From positions 78,306,001-78,370,000 of the forward strand of contig NC_042999.1 in assembly GCF_006345805.1 (NCBI RefSeq): DNA of 64,000 nt. The letters run 5' to 3'. Made by a program: the position numbers and the translations under genes. This DNA is from Octopus sinensis. Taxonomy: Eukaryota. Positions 1 to 12,462 of the stretch are shown here, piece after piece; position 1 is the first letter of the stretch, and the number at the start of each line of letters is the position of its first letter. The notes below the pieces were generated by a model, which saw only the letters and a program-made list of their open reading frames with translations, had not been told where the DNA came from and did not search any database.

Positions 1-221
1 TTGTGCCAAAATTTGAAACCAATATTTACTCTAAGTTCTGAGATTAAATCCTTTTGGGTCAATAAAATATATACCTTGTATGTAATGAAGTTGATTTAAT
101 TTGTGTATTCCATTGCAAGAAACTATTAGTATTGTCTTTCAGTTTATTTATGTATCTGTTCAGTTTTACATATCTTAATGGACTGTTATAATCAATTTTG
201 GGTTGTGGTTGAATTCTTACA

Positions 222-265
<44 letters not shown>

Positions 266-480
266 ATATAGAGAAAGGGTGTTAGTGTGTCATTTAAAGA
301 TGCTCATTTCTGAAAGTCTGTCATTTAAGTTTTTTTTTTTTCCTTCTATGGCAGAATATTCCTAAGGATATAAGTTCTTCTAAAAGAACTATTTTCTTCA
401 ATTGGGTTGTTCTATTGTAGTTCTATTTTTCATACCCAGTGCCCTTATTAATGATCCTTATTATCATTCTTATTGTTGAA

Positions 481-675
481 TAGGGCAGTGGATTGACAGG
501 ATCTTAAAAGTGATATTTAGTTACATCTCATAATCTGAGTTCAAATCTTGCCAAGATAAATTTTGCCTTTCGTCTTTTTAAGGTCAATAAAGTACCAGTC
601 ATGTACTGGAGCTAATGGCATCGACCTAATCCTTGCCACCAAAAATTTCAGGTCTTGAATCTATATAAGAATCAA
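481..675 (+). mobile_element. tRNA-derived SINE-like repeat
   Basis: B-box-like 'gagttcaaatcttgcc' followed by 'ggtcaataaagtaccagt'; diverged copies recur at ~700-860, 2412-2625 and (minus) 15690-15868. Confidence 0.6.
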
Positions 676-1137
676 TTCTTAGTGAGTATTAGATGAAATT
701 CTTTGTGGTTTTCAGTTTGATCATTTTTACATTTAGTTCAAATCCCACTGAAGTCAACTTTGCATTTTATTCTCCTGGTGTTCATAAGTTCCAGTTAAAT
801 ACTGAGTTGATTTAACTATGCCCACTTCCAAAATTTGTTGATTTAGCGCCTGTTATAACAATCATCATTTAATGTCCAGTTTTCCATACTGGCATGGGTT
901 GGATGAGTTGGCAGGGGCTGCAAGCCAGAGAGCTGCACCAGGCTGTTTTGGCTTGGTTTTTATGGCTGGATGCCTTTCCTGACACTATTTTACAGTGTGT
1001 ACTGGGGGCTTTTTTTATATGGCACCATTGTTATTATTAATGAGTTGGTAGAAGCAGTGTTGGATCAGAAACTCTTACAAAATTGCCCTTTTTTGTGTAA
1101 ATTATAATAATAATTTTTCATATTTATTTGAAAACAG

Positions 1138-1245
1138 GCTGTAACAAAAATGATTCAAGAAGCTTGTACCTATGTTGAGAAAACTCCTAACCAAGAAGAG
1201 AAACTAAAGTTGATTGATACCCTTAGAACTGTAACTGCTGGTAAG
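1138..1245 (+). CDS. PSMD12: 26S proteasome non-ATPase regulatory subunit 12 (Rpn5), first coding exon in window (108 nt, phase 0/0)
   Basis: aaaacag|GCT...AAG|gtgag; translates [36 protein letters not shown], matching human AVAKMVQQCCTYVEE...LIDTLRMVTEGK as recalled. Confidence 0.95.
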
Positions 1246-1757
1246 GTGAGTAACTATTGTTTTTGTATTTCCACCTTCTACTTATTTTTCCACCTCACAA
1301 TCCCCACAGATCGTTTTGAAATAGTCAAAATAATTTCACAAAACTGGTTACTTTGAACTTTTGCTATGAACAGGTAAGTTGTTACGATGTGAATCTTTGA
1401 CCAGAAAGATTGACAGCTCATAATCCTATTCACTGTTAGTGAACTAACTGGATAAAAAATGTTCTTGTGGATCTGGCATGGTTTGTCAGCTCTTAGGGCT
1501 TGAATCTAAATTTATTGCAAGTGTTCCATTGTTGTTATTTATTCTCAGGTCAGCTTTAATTGAATACTTCTATGATCAAAGGCTTTTTTTTTCTCTTTGT
1601 GTATTTTGTGTGTCTATTTTGGACTACATTGTCTAGTGTTTTATACTTTTTAAGGGAGTAAGATGTAATTTAAAGAAGATTTGGCTGCTATTTCTAGCAG
1701 GTTGAGTGACCGAATTTATACCCTATTTTTATATAACTTTCACTTGTGTTACTTCAG

Positions 1758-1862
1758 ATTTATGTTGAGATTGAGAGAGCTCGCCTTACTCGTATCTTAG
1801 CCAAAATCAAAGAAGATGAAAACAACATAAGTGAGGCTGCCAACATATTACAAGAACTCCAG
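1758..1862 (+). CDS. PSMD12: PSMD12 exon (105 nt)
   Basis: ttcag|ATT...CAG|gtaatg; [35 protein letters not shown]. Confidence 0.97.
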
Positions 1863-2073
1863 GTAATGATAATTCCTTTCTTCTCTTTTATGTGTTTATT
1901 TTATCTTAGATATATTATTTGGTCTGCTCTCCACTGACAACCAAATAATAGTAGTATATAGAATTCAGTACTGATTAATTTTGAGTGTACCTAAATCATT
2001 AATGAGGTAAGCAGTATTCAGTTAAAACCAATTTATTACTATTCATCTTCACTAATTATGTTGAGGATATGAC

Positions 2074-2250
2074 CATCATCATCATCATCATCGTTTAACG
2101 TCCGCTTTCCATGCTGGCATGGGTTGGATGGTTTGACTGAGGACTGGCAAACCAGTTGGCTGCACCAGACTCCAATCTGATCTGGCAGAGTTTCTACAGC
2201 TGGATGATTTTCCCAATGCCAACCACTCTGAGAGTGTAGTGGATGCTTTT
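2074..2250 (-). mobile_element. Short retroposon 3' end with (GAT)n tail (RTE-related SINE/LINE tail)
   Basis: Minus strand reads ccatccaacccatgccagcatggaaagcggacgttaaac(gat)n; diverged copies at ~860-1030, 10902-11010, 16988-17130, 29365-29495, 31660-31820, 51260-51395, 51830-52260, 61190-61360. Confidence 0.65.
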
Positions 2251-2411
2251 ACATTTCCTTTACATCAATGGCTATTGACTTTTGTTCCTCGGTCATTTAT
2301 TCCTTATTCCCTTGCAAAGATATATTAGATATTCTTTATATATTAAAGTTTGTGTTACTACTAAAATGATATCTTTAAGACAGCATATTAGTGCTAATAT
2401 TATGCTAGGAG

Positions 2412-2625
2412 AAGGTAGTAAGCTGGCAGAATTGTCAGCCTGCTTGGTGGAGTGCTTAGCAGAATTTCGTTTGTCTTTATATTCTGAGTTCAAATTCTGC
2501 CAGGATCAATTTAGCCTTTCATCCTTTCAGGGTTGAAAAAATAAGTACTGGTACTTATTTTATTGACAGAGCCCCTCCCCCAAACCTGCTGGCCTTCTTC
2601 CAAAATTGGAAACAAATTTACTAGG
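2412..2625 (+). mobile_element. tRNA-derived SINE-like repeat
   Basis: 'agctggcagaattgtcagc...tctgagttcaaattctgcc...aaataagtactgg'; same family as 481-675. Confidence 0.6.
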
Positions 2626-2770
2626 GGTATACCAGTAATATGCTGTGTTCAGGTCAATTGGTTTTTTTTTTTATATATATATGTTGTCTGAAGAAGTATT
2701 ATTAATTGACAAAACTGCCCAGAATTCAAACAATGATTTTTTTTTTTGTTTTCTTTTCAATTATTTCCAG

Positions 2771-2920
2771 GTTGAAACTTTTGGTTCCATGGACAAAAAG
2801 GAGAAAGTGGAATTTATTTTGGAACAGATGAGGTTGTGTTTGGCCAAGAAGGATTACATTCGCACCCAGATCATCAGTAAAAAGATCAGCACCAAATTCT
2901 TTGAGGAAAAAGACACTACA
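2771..2920 (+). CDS. PSMD12: PSMD12 exon (150 nt)
   Basis: ttccag|GTT...ACA|gtatgt; [50 protein letters not shown]. Confidence 0.97.
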
Positions 2921-3779
2921 GTATGTGAGATCTCATCCATTGCTACTAAATTTTTCCCCTTGAATGACGATGACTTCTGTTGTTGTTTAGCCCCAGTTCA
3001 ACCTTGATTGTGCAGACTTAAGAAATATATCATTCAAACCATGACCATCATGTTCTTTTGTATATCTAAAACCACTTTGTCCAGTGTAACCTTTTTTAAG
3101 GTAGTAGGTGTGATCTGAGTGCTATGTCTAGCAGGATACGTTACAGCATAGAGGTACTTCAATGGCTTGTACTGCTGTTATTTCTATTTCACTCTGTTAC
3201 AATAATTTCTCCATGTATTTACATTTCTTGATTTGGAGAAGTCCTTGTAATCTGGTGGTGGTTAAGGAAATTGGGAATATAATCCATGTACAGATGCACA
3301 GTCAGCAATTAATTTAACAAATTTATCTTGCAATTAGGAGTTTATCAGGATCCAATTCTTAGCTTTCACCTGTTTATTTTAGTCCTCCAACCAGTAAGAG
3401 AATAGTTATAGACTGGAGGACTATAATAAATATTTTGATACTATTTAAAATGTGATCACCTTTTCTTGTTGATCTGTATTCACTTCATCTAGAAATTTTT
3501 TGTATATGTTGCATTACAAGATTTTTCATATCAAAGACTCTGAATTTCATTTCATTCCGTGAAGAAATTTTTCCTTACTGGATATTAGCTTTTTCATAAG
3601 ATAAGAGTTCTTCCTTAGCAGAGACTGTCTCTTCTTCTCAAGAGGTGTAACCCACCTTATATTCCTATAGCTTTATACATAATACACCTCTTTTCTGAAT
3701 ATGCTGACAGCTTAGTTCTTACAAACTGAATTTATTGAACATTTAAAAAGAAATTCCAAACCAAGAATTAAAAAGCTTC

Positions 3780-4260
3780 AAAGTAAACTTTGCAAAGATG
3801 AAAGTTTTACTAAGAAAGAAGACAGAAAAACAGTAGGTTCAAATTCTATACAGTGTGGCTGGTGTGGAATGACCAGCAGATTGATAGAGAAAAGAGACTT
3901 TGTATGTGATAGATGCATAGAAGTGGTCAATAGGAAGAATATATATAAAATAGATACCTTCAAATGTTTGGAAGACTTACTAGAAATAGTCGATAGCTCT
4001 TGCTACCTAAGTGATCTAATTAGTCGTATAGGTTTGAGTTCCAAAATCACAGTAACCAGAAGAAGAATTAGTTGAAGCTGTTACTTCTACTGGCAACAAC
4101 TGATTTTTCTCTCTGAAGGGAAGTTTATATAATGTTTGTGTACAAAGTGCAATACTTCATGGTAGCAAAATATAGGCCTTCAATGCAGAAAAGTAGCAAA
4201 GACCAGAAAGAAATGAAGTACTCTGATCTTGTTAGTGTGCATGAATGATAAAGTACTAAT
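3780..4260 (+). mobile_element. Decayed RTE-clade LINE fragment (post-RT region)
   Basis: Translates ..KRDFVCDRC..LEIVDSSCYLSDLIS..LYNVCVQSAILHGS, homologous to 62760-63090 of this window; contains stops. Confidence 0.65.
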
Positions 4261-4498
4261 GATCTAAAAGGAAACCTTAATTTAAGAAGAATCAGAAATG
4301 TTATTTGAATCCCGTTAGTTTCATTTTTGTTCACAGCTATTTTGTTGTAATCAATACCATATTTATCCAATATTTATATATAATTATTACACAAACACAC
4401 ACACACTCAAACCCATTCATCTCAGGGTCTTGAATTGAGAAATTCTTATACCTAAACATGTATATTTATATAATTAATTATTTTTATTTCATTGACAG

Positions 4499-4633
4499 GA
4501 TCTAAAGCTGAAATACTACCAGTTGATGATAGAACTTGATGAACACGAGGGATCATACCTTGCCATCTGTAAGCATTACCGAGCAGTTTATGACACCTCT
4601 GCCATCCAAGAGGACAAAGAGAAAATGGCATCG
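4499..4633 (+). CDS. PSMD12: PSMD12 exon (135 nt)
   Basis: gacag|GAT...TCG|gtgaga; [45 protein letters not shown]. Confidence 0.96.
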
Positions 4634-4726
4634 GTGAGAACGCACTGGCCTTTCTTTTTTTTTTTTTTGTCAGTATTACTGTGGTGTGATATGCTATACC
4701 TGATGCTAGCTAATCAACTTTCTGTA

Positions 4727-5345
4727 CTCTGAATTTGGTAATGTTAAATAACCCACTTGTTTGTCCATAAAAGATCATGGTTTTTCATTCTTCATAGTAA
4801 CACGTTGTTTGTAATTTACCCCCTGACTGGCTCCTGTGCCAATCTTGACTATTAATTCTGCCATGAAGGGAAACCATTGGGCTGGCAGATTTCCAAGATA
4901 TACCCCTCCCCCCCAAGATCATCACAGATCCTTCTCTATATTCAACAGTTGGAAGAAGGCAGTCTGGATCAAATGCTTTTGGCTCTCTCCACACATATAC
5001 GCGGCTGGTGGACGGAAATAAGGTAAAGGATGTCTCGTCCAAGAAAATATTATTCTTCCACTGCACTAGGGACCAATTCTGTAGGTTTTTACTCCACTCT
5101 AAACACTTTGCAATGTTTGTTTTTAAAAGTAGTGGTTTTCTGATTGCAGCCCTCCCATGAAATCTGGCTTTGTGCAGCTACTGGTGAACAGTTTTTGTGG
5201 AAACTGAGTTCTCAAGGTGGTCGTTAATCTCTGCAGTAATTTTGGGAGTTGTACTTTATCAAATTACTGAAGACTGAGTTTTTTTGTCATGTCTTTCAAT
5301 AATGTCACTAATTCTTCTCAGGCTTCTTTTTGTGTGACTTTTTCT
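4727..5345 (-). mobile_element. Internally deleted Tc1-family transposon
   Basis: Minus strand gives ..TTPKITAEINDHLENSVSTKTVHQ*LHKARFHGRAAIRKPLL..WKNNIFLDETSFTLFPSTSRVYVWREPKAFDPDCLLPTVEYREGSVMI..ISWKSASPMVSLHGRINSQD: Tc1 HTH region plus first catalytic Asp; later DDE residues missing. Confidence 0.85.
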
Positions 5346-5499
5346 GAGTTAGATGTTATTTTTGTACTTTTACACATCTTTGATAGTATATGAAAATAGG
5401 AATCAGATACATAGTTGCCTGCAAAACTTTTTAGATAACAAAGGAAGAATCAGGATAATTAGAATTTTTAACTGTATTTTTTTTTTCTTAAAATTTCAG

Positions 5500-5612
5500 G
5501 CCTTGAAATGTGTTATACTTTACCTTATTTTGGCTCCATATGACAATGAACAGTCAGATTTACTTCATAGAATTGGAGAGGAGAAGAATCTTAGTGAAAT
5601 TTCTAAATACAA
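5500..5612 (+). CDS. PSMD12: PSMD12 exon (113 nt, ends phase 2)
   Basis: tttcag|GCC...AA|gtaaat; [37 protein letters not shown](K). Confidence 0.96.
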
Positions 5613-5765
5613 GTAAATATATATTTGGTTTTTGATTTTGAACAGTTTGCTTTGCTTTCTCATTTTCTGATCATCTCTCTTTCTTTCTCATTCACCCAGA
5701 AGATAAATATACAAACACATTAATTTTATGACCTGACTTTATACTTCTCCTTTTTGCTTTTATAG

Positions 5766-5943
5766 AGAGCTGCATAGTTTGTTTACAACAAGTGAACTTA
5801 TTTACTGGAAACAGTTGTGTGCTGATTTTGAAACTGAATTGAAAGAAGGTTCTAAAGATTGTCCAGCTACACATGTTTTTGATGTTAACTCTCCTGCTTC
5901 CAAAAAAAGATGGCAGGATCTGAAAAATCGAGTTGTAGAACAT
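5766..5943 (+). CDS. PSMD12: PSMD12 exon (178 nt, starts phase 2)
   Basis: ttttatag|A GAG...CAT|gtaagt; ELHSLFTTSELIYWKQLCADFETELKEGSKDCPATHVFDVNSPASKKRWQDLKNRVVEH, PCI domain. Confidence 0.96.
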
Positions 5944-7324
5944 GTAAGTACTGTAGTTTTTTTCCATATTTTTCTCTTAATTATTAATGTAGCAATTGAG
6001 AAAAATCAATGAGTGCTCTGTTGTATGTGCAAAGTCCAAGTACAGTTAAATTAAGTGGCTGTATATTAAATATTTATCTTTGTCTGCAATAGAGATAGCT
6101 GTACATGTGTGTTGGTTGAAAAAGTGCTGTGATACAACAATAGAAATAGATTGAGAAAGATTTTTGAAGAAATAGTTAAGGATAATCCATTCACAATTGT
6201 TGGGAGTGTAATGCAAAGTCCTTTAAACCATTATAATGGTTTATATTTATCTGCTGAAATTAGCATAAATTGATAGGTAAAGATTATGACAAAGTGATAG
6301 AATGTGAGACTTGCAAATGTACCATCTTTTTTATTTGAAAGAAGGGACTGTGCTTATGGCTGATGCTTCTCTTGAACAGTTGCAAGTTGAAGGTTGGAGA
6401 AAATGTTCAGGGAGGGTATTTCAGAGGGCCAATGTTTTGGAAGTGAAGTCCTTGAAGAGTGGCTTGTATGTAGTCTTGGAGAGGAGGTCAATATTATTGA
6501 CAAGAGTAGGAGAGATGTGTGAGTTCGTATTTGAGTGGAAGTTGCATGAAATCACCTAGCACTGAGGAGCTGAAGTACTTTCTGTTCAGTATTTTCTGGC
6601 TTTAAAGAGGAAGGCTCCTGTTTGTGATATAATTTTGGCTGTATTGAGGCCATGTGTTTGCCAGGAGAGATCTTCAGTAATGTCAAGGTCTGGTATTTGA
6701 AGCCAACTTCAGGTGCCTAGTTTTATGTTGATTGAGGGTAGGATAGAGATTAGTGATTGTGTCTTGGTACTTTTGAAGGAGACAAAACTGAGTCAAACCC
6801 TGAGGTAACCAGAAGTTATAGAATGGGGATCTGCAAGAGCTTCAGCAGTTGATGCTACAATGATGCAATCTGACATGAACCTACTGATCTAAATGATGAG
6901 ACACATGGATTCTAGAAATGGATAGTTTACTTGTGTGTCAAATGGGATGATTAGGAGGTAATGGGAAAGTGCAGATAGCTGACTCAATAAGATATTGAAT
7001 AATTAACCAAGAAAATTAGGATTTCTACCTTATCACTAGCATTGTGCTGTGTCTATAACCAAGATCCAAAATTCTCTGAACAGGTCCTTTATAATGGTAC
7101 AATTCATTGTTGAAAGTAATTACAATGTAAAATTAATGACTAGTTTTTATTGCTGAGTTGACTTGTGGGAAAATTATCTTATCTGTTGACTGACAGTATA
7201 TTCAAGTGATTTAACTTATTTTCTAAACATTACTGAAACCACAGAAAGTGGAGTGCATAGAGAAACAAATAAAATATTTGAAATTGAATGTCATTTTCTT
7301 TTTTTTTTTTCTTTTCTTTTGTAG

Positions 7325-7402
7325 AATATTCGTGTGATGGCAAAATATTATACCAGGGTACGAATGAATAGGATGGCCCAACTGCTTGATCTCTCAGAAG
7401 AT
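7325..7402 (+). CDS. PSMD12: PSMD12 exon (78 nt), not in ORF track
   Basis: tttgtag|AAT...GAT|gtaagt; [26 protein letters not shown]. Confidence 0.96.
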
Positions 7403-7732
7403 GTAAGTACAATAGTTTAATATAGACACGAATTGGGAAGAATGCGTGTATTTGTAGACAAGAGCTATGTGTACAGAAGAGGAGAGAGAATGTGTTTATA
7501 TACTATATGAAGTCACTGTTTGTGGCTAGTCTGAACATGAAAAAAAAGTTTGCAGTGAAATGTACTTAGTACTTAGAGTTTTTTGACTGGAGCAGTACCT
7601 CTAAGATTTTTCCTAACTAAAAAAAATTTTAAGTAATGCAACGATGTCTTAACTAAGAAGGGAGATCACTCTTGAGTAAGGGAATAATCTATAGCATTGT
7701 TAGGTTCTTGTTGAATAAGAGCCTCATATATA

Positions 7733-8574
7733 AAGGGTGTCTCAAAAGTTACTGATGGATTTCAATTTTTAATAACTTCCTTAATTTTACAAATAAATGC
7801 ATGAAATTTTGTACAATATAAAGGACATAATGGAAATTAATATGCACAAGTCAAATTTTGCGGCACCTCTACATCACACATGGAAAATGGCAGCCATTTT
7901 CGGCTTTGCATGCTCGTGCTCTTTCCAAAACTTGCACCATAACACCCTCAAGAGTTTCAGACCCCACTTCTCTGATTTCTCTATTGATGTTCTCCTTCAG
8001 TTGCACCAGGATCTCTGCTTTGTTGATGTAAACTCTCTTTCTTTCACAAGAAAAAAATCCAGGCTAGTCAAGGTGACATTGCTGTAGTGGGAGATTATTC
8101 TCTCTCCAAAACACTGCCATAGCAACTGATCTGTTTCTCTTGCAGTATGAGCAGTTGCCCCGTCTTGCTGGAACCATGTGTGAGGTCTACTTTGAATGGC
8201 TTTCACATTTCTCCAGACTTGACTAGCCTGGATCTTTTCTTGTAGGGATACCTGAAAGAGACGATTTGCATCAACAAACTGGAGACCCTGATGCAACTGA
8301 CGGAAAGCATCAATAGAGAAATCAGAAGTGGGGTCTGAAACTCTTGATGTTATGGTGCAAGTTTTGGAAAGAGCACAGGTGGGCAAAGTTGAAAATGGCT
8401 GCTATTTAAGCGATGTCATTTTCCACATGTAAAGTAGTGGTGTTGCAAAATTTGACTTGTGCATTTTTATTTCCATTATGTCCTTTATATTGTATCAAAA
8501 TTTCATGCATTTATTTGTAAAGTTAAGGAAGTTATTAAAAACTGAAACCCATCAGTGACTTTTGGGACACCCAG
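7733..8574. mobile_element. Fold-back non-autonomous Tc1/mariner derivative (DD41D-like) in PSMD12 intron
   Basis: TA-flanked; arms 7733-8072 and 8218-8574 are inverted repeats; spacer encodes WFQQDGATAHTARET (minus strand); right arm encodes SPDLTSLDLFL*GYLKE (plus strand). Confidence 0.88.
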
Positions 8575-10074
8575 TATTATATTATCCTCTGGGTAATAAT
8601 TTAAAGATGTCAAAGCTGTACACATTGTATTGAACTTGCTGTTGCTGACCCAACTCTAGACTAAGACACAAGTTAAAAAGTAAAATCTTACAATACCTCA
8701 CAATAGTAAGTTATATTTCTCATTGCAATATTTTAGTTCAACACTGCAAAGCATCAAACTGTCAGTAATACAGTACTTCTATGGTTTGTGCTATGGAACA
8801 AGAGATAAGCACTTTTGAAATTCAGATTCCTAATTTTGATTCTTAGTTACTCTTTATGAAATGCCTTACATTAAGATAATAGTGATATATAGATAAATTT
8901 AATCAAGTTAATATCGTGGAACTTTTTGTATTTTGATATCTGCAAGGAAATAATGGTAAGAAAAATTTTTCAGATAGGAAACAATTCTATCAGCATAAAT
9001 TCAAAATTCTGTTAAATCCATTCTGTTGTGTAACTGAGCAAAACATATCATTGTGCTTGCTTCACTCTTACTTCACAGTTCACCATTTGTTAGGATGGAA
9101 AACTGATTGCAAAACAGAAGAAAGTTTGAGCAATGGGTTGAGTATGGACTATGGGGAAAATGTACAACATGGTTAATGGCAATGAGATTTTGACAGACAG
9201 ATGTACTTGCATTACCATTTTCTTTGACAGTTTAGTCAACTTCTTTAGTTGAACCTATACACTCAACTGGTGCCATCTACCATCATCTGTTACTAGTCAG
9301 ATCAGTTCTGATTTGAAATTCATCTGTAAAGCTGTTAGGTGTTTTGTCTTCTGATCAGTACCTGCTCAGCTTTGATGATCAGTAGCTGTATCTTTAGTCA
9401 ACCATTAGGGTATTGTCATCAAATGGAAAATCAAAATGCATCAATCGGTTAATACTTTGTGGTCAAGGTAAAATGGGTGAATTTAAGTGGATCAGTTGAA
9501 AAGTTTAGATTAGCGGAGTAAAGATAAATGTAAAAGAGACAGCAGAAGTATATAATCTCTTCATAGCCTAAAGGATGTAGAGTTTCCATGAGTTAAGACT
9601 CGTTTGTGAAACTTTTGGCGATTGGGCATTGGAAAGAAGCCATAAAAATGAAAAATTGATTCAGTTTTAAATAGTGACATTCAAGTTGGTTTTAGATATA
9701 TATTGTCCTTTCTGAGGTAGATGGTTTTCCAGGGTTTTTTAATTTTTAAAAATCTTGTTTTACAGACTGTGAACATATATTGAAGCAACAGATTTGATGA
9801 AGAAATATTCTGAAAGGCCTTTAATATTAAAGAATCATAAGTTATTACTGGATGGGGTGTGTTAGCAAAATCAGTCTTTGACAAAATGCCTTGTATTTCT
9901 TCTGGCTCATTATGTTCTGAGTTTATTTTTAAGGTCAGCTGAGCCTTTCATTTGTTCGTGGGCAATAAAATAAATTGCTGGTTTAGTACTGGGTTGATTT
10001 CACTGAGTAATCCATTCCCCTTGAATTGCTGGTCTTATGCCTATTAGTTTAATTGTATTTTATTTTCTTCACAG

Positions 10075-10284
10075 GAAACTGAAGAATTTTTGTCCAATCT
10101 AGTAGTCAACAAGACGGTTCAGGCGAAAATGGACCGTCTCGATGGTATCATCAATTTCCGGCAACACAGAGATCCGAATAACATTTTAAATGACTGGTCT
10201 TCCAACATAAGTCGGTTGATGCAGTTAGTAAACAAAACTAACCATCTCATCACGAAAGAGGAGATGGTACATAAGTTGCATTGA
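10075..10284 (+). CDS. PSMD12: PSMD12 terminal coding exon (210 nt incl. TGA)
   Basis: ttcacag|GAA...CAT TGA; [69 protein letters not shown]. Confidence 0.97.
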   Translation, partial: ETEEFLSNLVVNKTVQAKMDRLDGIINFRQHRDPNNILNDWSSNISRLMQLVNKTNHLITKEEMVHKLH

Positions 10285-10526
10285 TCTACATGTTTCAACA
10301 TCATTATTCGTTGGCTTCTAAGAAAAAAAAAAGAAATTCTTCAAATTTTTCATTTACTGAAAAAAAAAATATAGGGAGACAGAATGCTTGAGTGTGAAAG
10401 TCCTTAAAACATTTTTTTATGTTAAGTATGATGTTTGAATGATTTTAAAACTTATAGATTTTGAAACTGTTAAGTTTTAAAAGATAAAAAAAAAAGACAA
10501 ACTTATGAATTGAAATTATAAGTTTC

Positions 10527-10549
10527 AATAAATCTGATCATTAAATAAA
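10527..10549 (+). terminator. Candidate PSMD12 polyadenylation signals
   Basis: Two AATAAA hexamers (10527-10532, 10544-10549) ~250 nt after the stop, followed by a T-rich tract. Confidence 0.5.
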
Positions 10550-12237
10550 TACTTGCTTTTTTCATTTCATATATTTTAAGTTTATCATTCTTCATTTGTA
10601 ATTTGTCACTAGGCAGGTCCACCATTGATCACTGGCTTACCAAGCCTATTATGACTTAACTTATTACTCATTTTAGCTAGCTGATTGGACTAGAGCAACA
10701 CAAAACCAGTTTTACAATCATGTGTCTGACACCATAACCACTACGTACCTCCGTCATGTATACTAGTGACACATATTGGCTGCAATCCTCCAGTATAAAT
10801 TTATATTTTTTTTGTTCAGTGCCAGTGGAGTTACAAAATTGAAGGAGTACTTGCACTAGAATATTGATAAATTAATAAATCGATCTCCTCTTCCTTCTCC
10901 TCCATCATCATCACTTAACATCCATTTTCCATGCTGTCATGGGCTGGGTGGTTTGACAGAAGCTAACTAGGCAGAAGACTGCACCAGGTTTCATTGTCTG
11001 TTTTGGCAGGGTTTTGATAATGAATATTCAGTTGCTCAATCAACATCTACTGAGCTGTCTACTCATTGAATTACGACATAAATAATTTGAGTATTCCACA
11101 AACACTTGCAGCCCTTAATGTAATTTGTCTACAGCAAGAAATTTTCTCCATAACAAAACCGAGTGAATGTCTTCCTTACAGGTTTGAATATGCCCCAAAC
11201 CTATTTGAACTGGTAATAGCTTTGTATTTATACTCATCACTTCTTAGCACTGCCACCCCATAATTTGTTTGCCGTGAGCTGCCAATTAGTGTTACTAGTC
11301 ATTGTATAATTTCAGAAATATCAAAGGAGATAATCTCTTAGTTCATGGTGCATCCTGTCCAATTTTTTGTGGATGAAGAGAAGATAACCACTCCAAAATG
11401 CATCCTGCAGTTAGAGTGAGTGACACTGCATGCTGATTCGTGTATTTACACCTATTTGTCTACAGCGAGAAATTTTCTCCATGACAAAACCATCATCATA
11501 AGCATGTTTGAACTGATAATAACCTTGTATTTATACACACCACTGCTTAATGTAACTTAAGTAGACTCAATCTGATACAATGTGTTTTTGGAGTGCTAAG
11601 CTGTTGAGATATTTCATTCACTGAGGATTTGAATTCAATGATATTGTGGTTTAGCTTTAGGCTAACTTGGTTCCAGCTGTGGGCTTCCAGTTTTTTTGTT
11701 TGTTTTTTTCCCCACCAGCAAAATGTATGTAGGACTACACAGTTGAGAAAAATTTCTTGGTACTAAACCACAAATGTGTAGGGTGGGTTCTGGATAAGTG
11801 GTTTACACAATCACTGAGTTCTATGCTTGATTCTACTCTGCAGCACCATGTTCAAGTGCCCTTCATCACAGTGACAGGTCATCTTGTAAGTGGAATGTTG
11901 TAGTCTGGAACTGCAAAAAACCTGTTTTTCTTTCTTTTATTTTTTTGTCTTTTTTTAAAAATCTTTTTCTTGTTTCAGTCATTAGACTATGGCGATATTG
12001 GGCCTTGAAGAATTTTAGTTGAGTGAATCGATACTAGTACTTCTTTTTAAATATGGTACTTATTATGTTGGTCTCTTTTGCCAAACTGTTAAGTTATGGG
12101 GGACACAAACACACCAACACTCATTATCGAGGGGTGGTGGTGGGGACACAGATATGCACATGCACACACATTTGGGTCAAGTATTCGACTAGTTGCCTCC
12201 CACAAATTTCAGGCCTTGTGCCTATAGTAGAAAGGAT

Positions 12238-12296
<59 letters not shown>

Positions 12297-12301
12297 TATA
12301 T

Positions 12302-12460
12302 AGGGTCATCCCATAAATAATGCAGTTTTTTCAGTTGCATGAAGAGGATGGGATAAACTACCTGCATCAACTTGCTATAAAAGCAGATAGTAATTTTACT
12401 TTTTACTTATTCTTACATATGTAGAAAATCGGTGTGTGTTTGTTTGTGACCTTGTTTTCT
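12302..12460. mobile_element. Probable mariner-like element end abutting the Helitron fragment
   Basis: (TA)n followed by GGGTCATCCCATAAATAATGCAGTTTTTT, resembling a TA-inserted terminal inverted repeat; partner end not found. Confidence 0.35.
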
Positions 12461-12462
12461 GT

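Noticed and set aside
6100-7000. Purine-rich segment with a short ORF, possibly a decayed retroelement
   Set aside because: No recognisable protein motif could be read, so it was not assigned.
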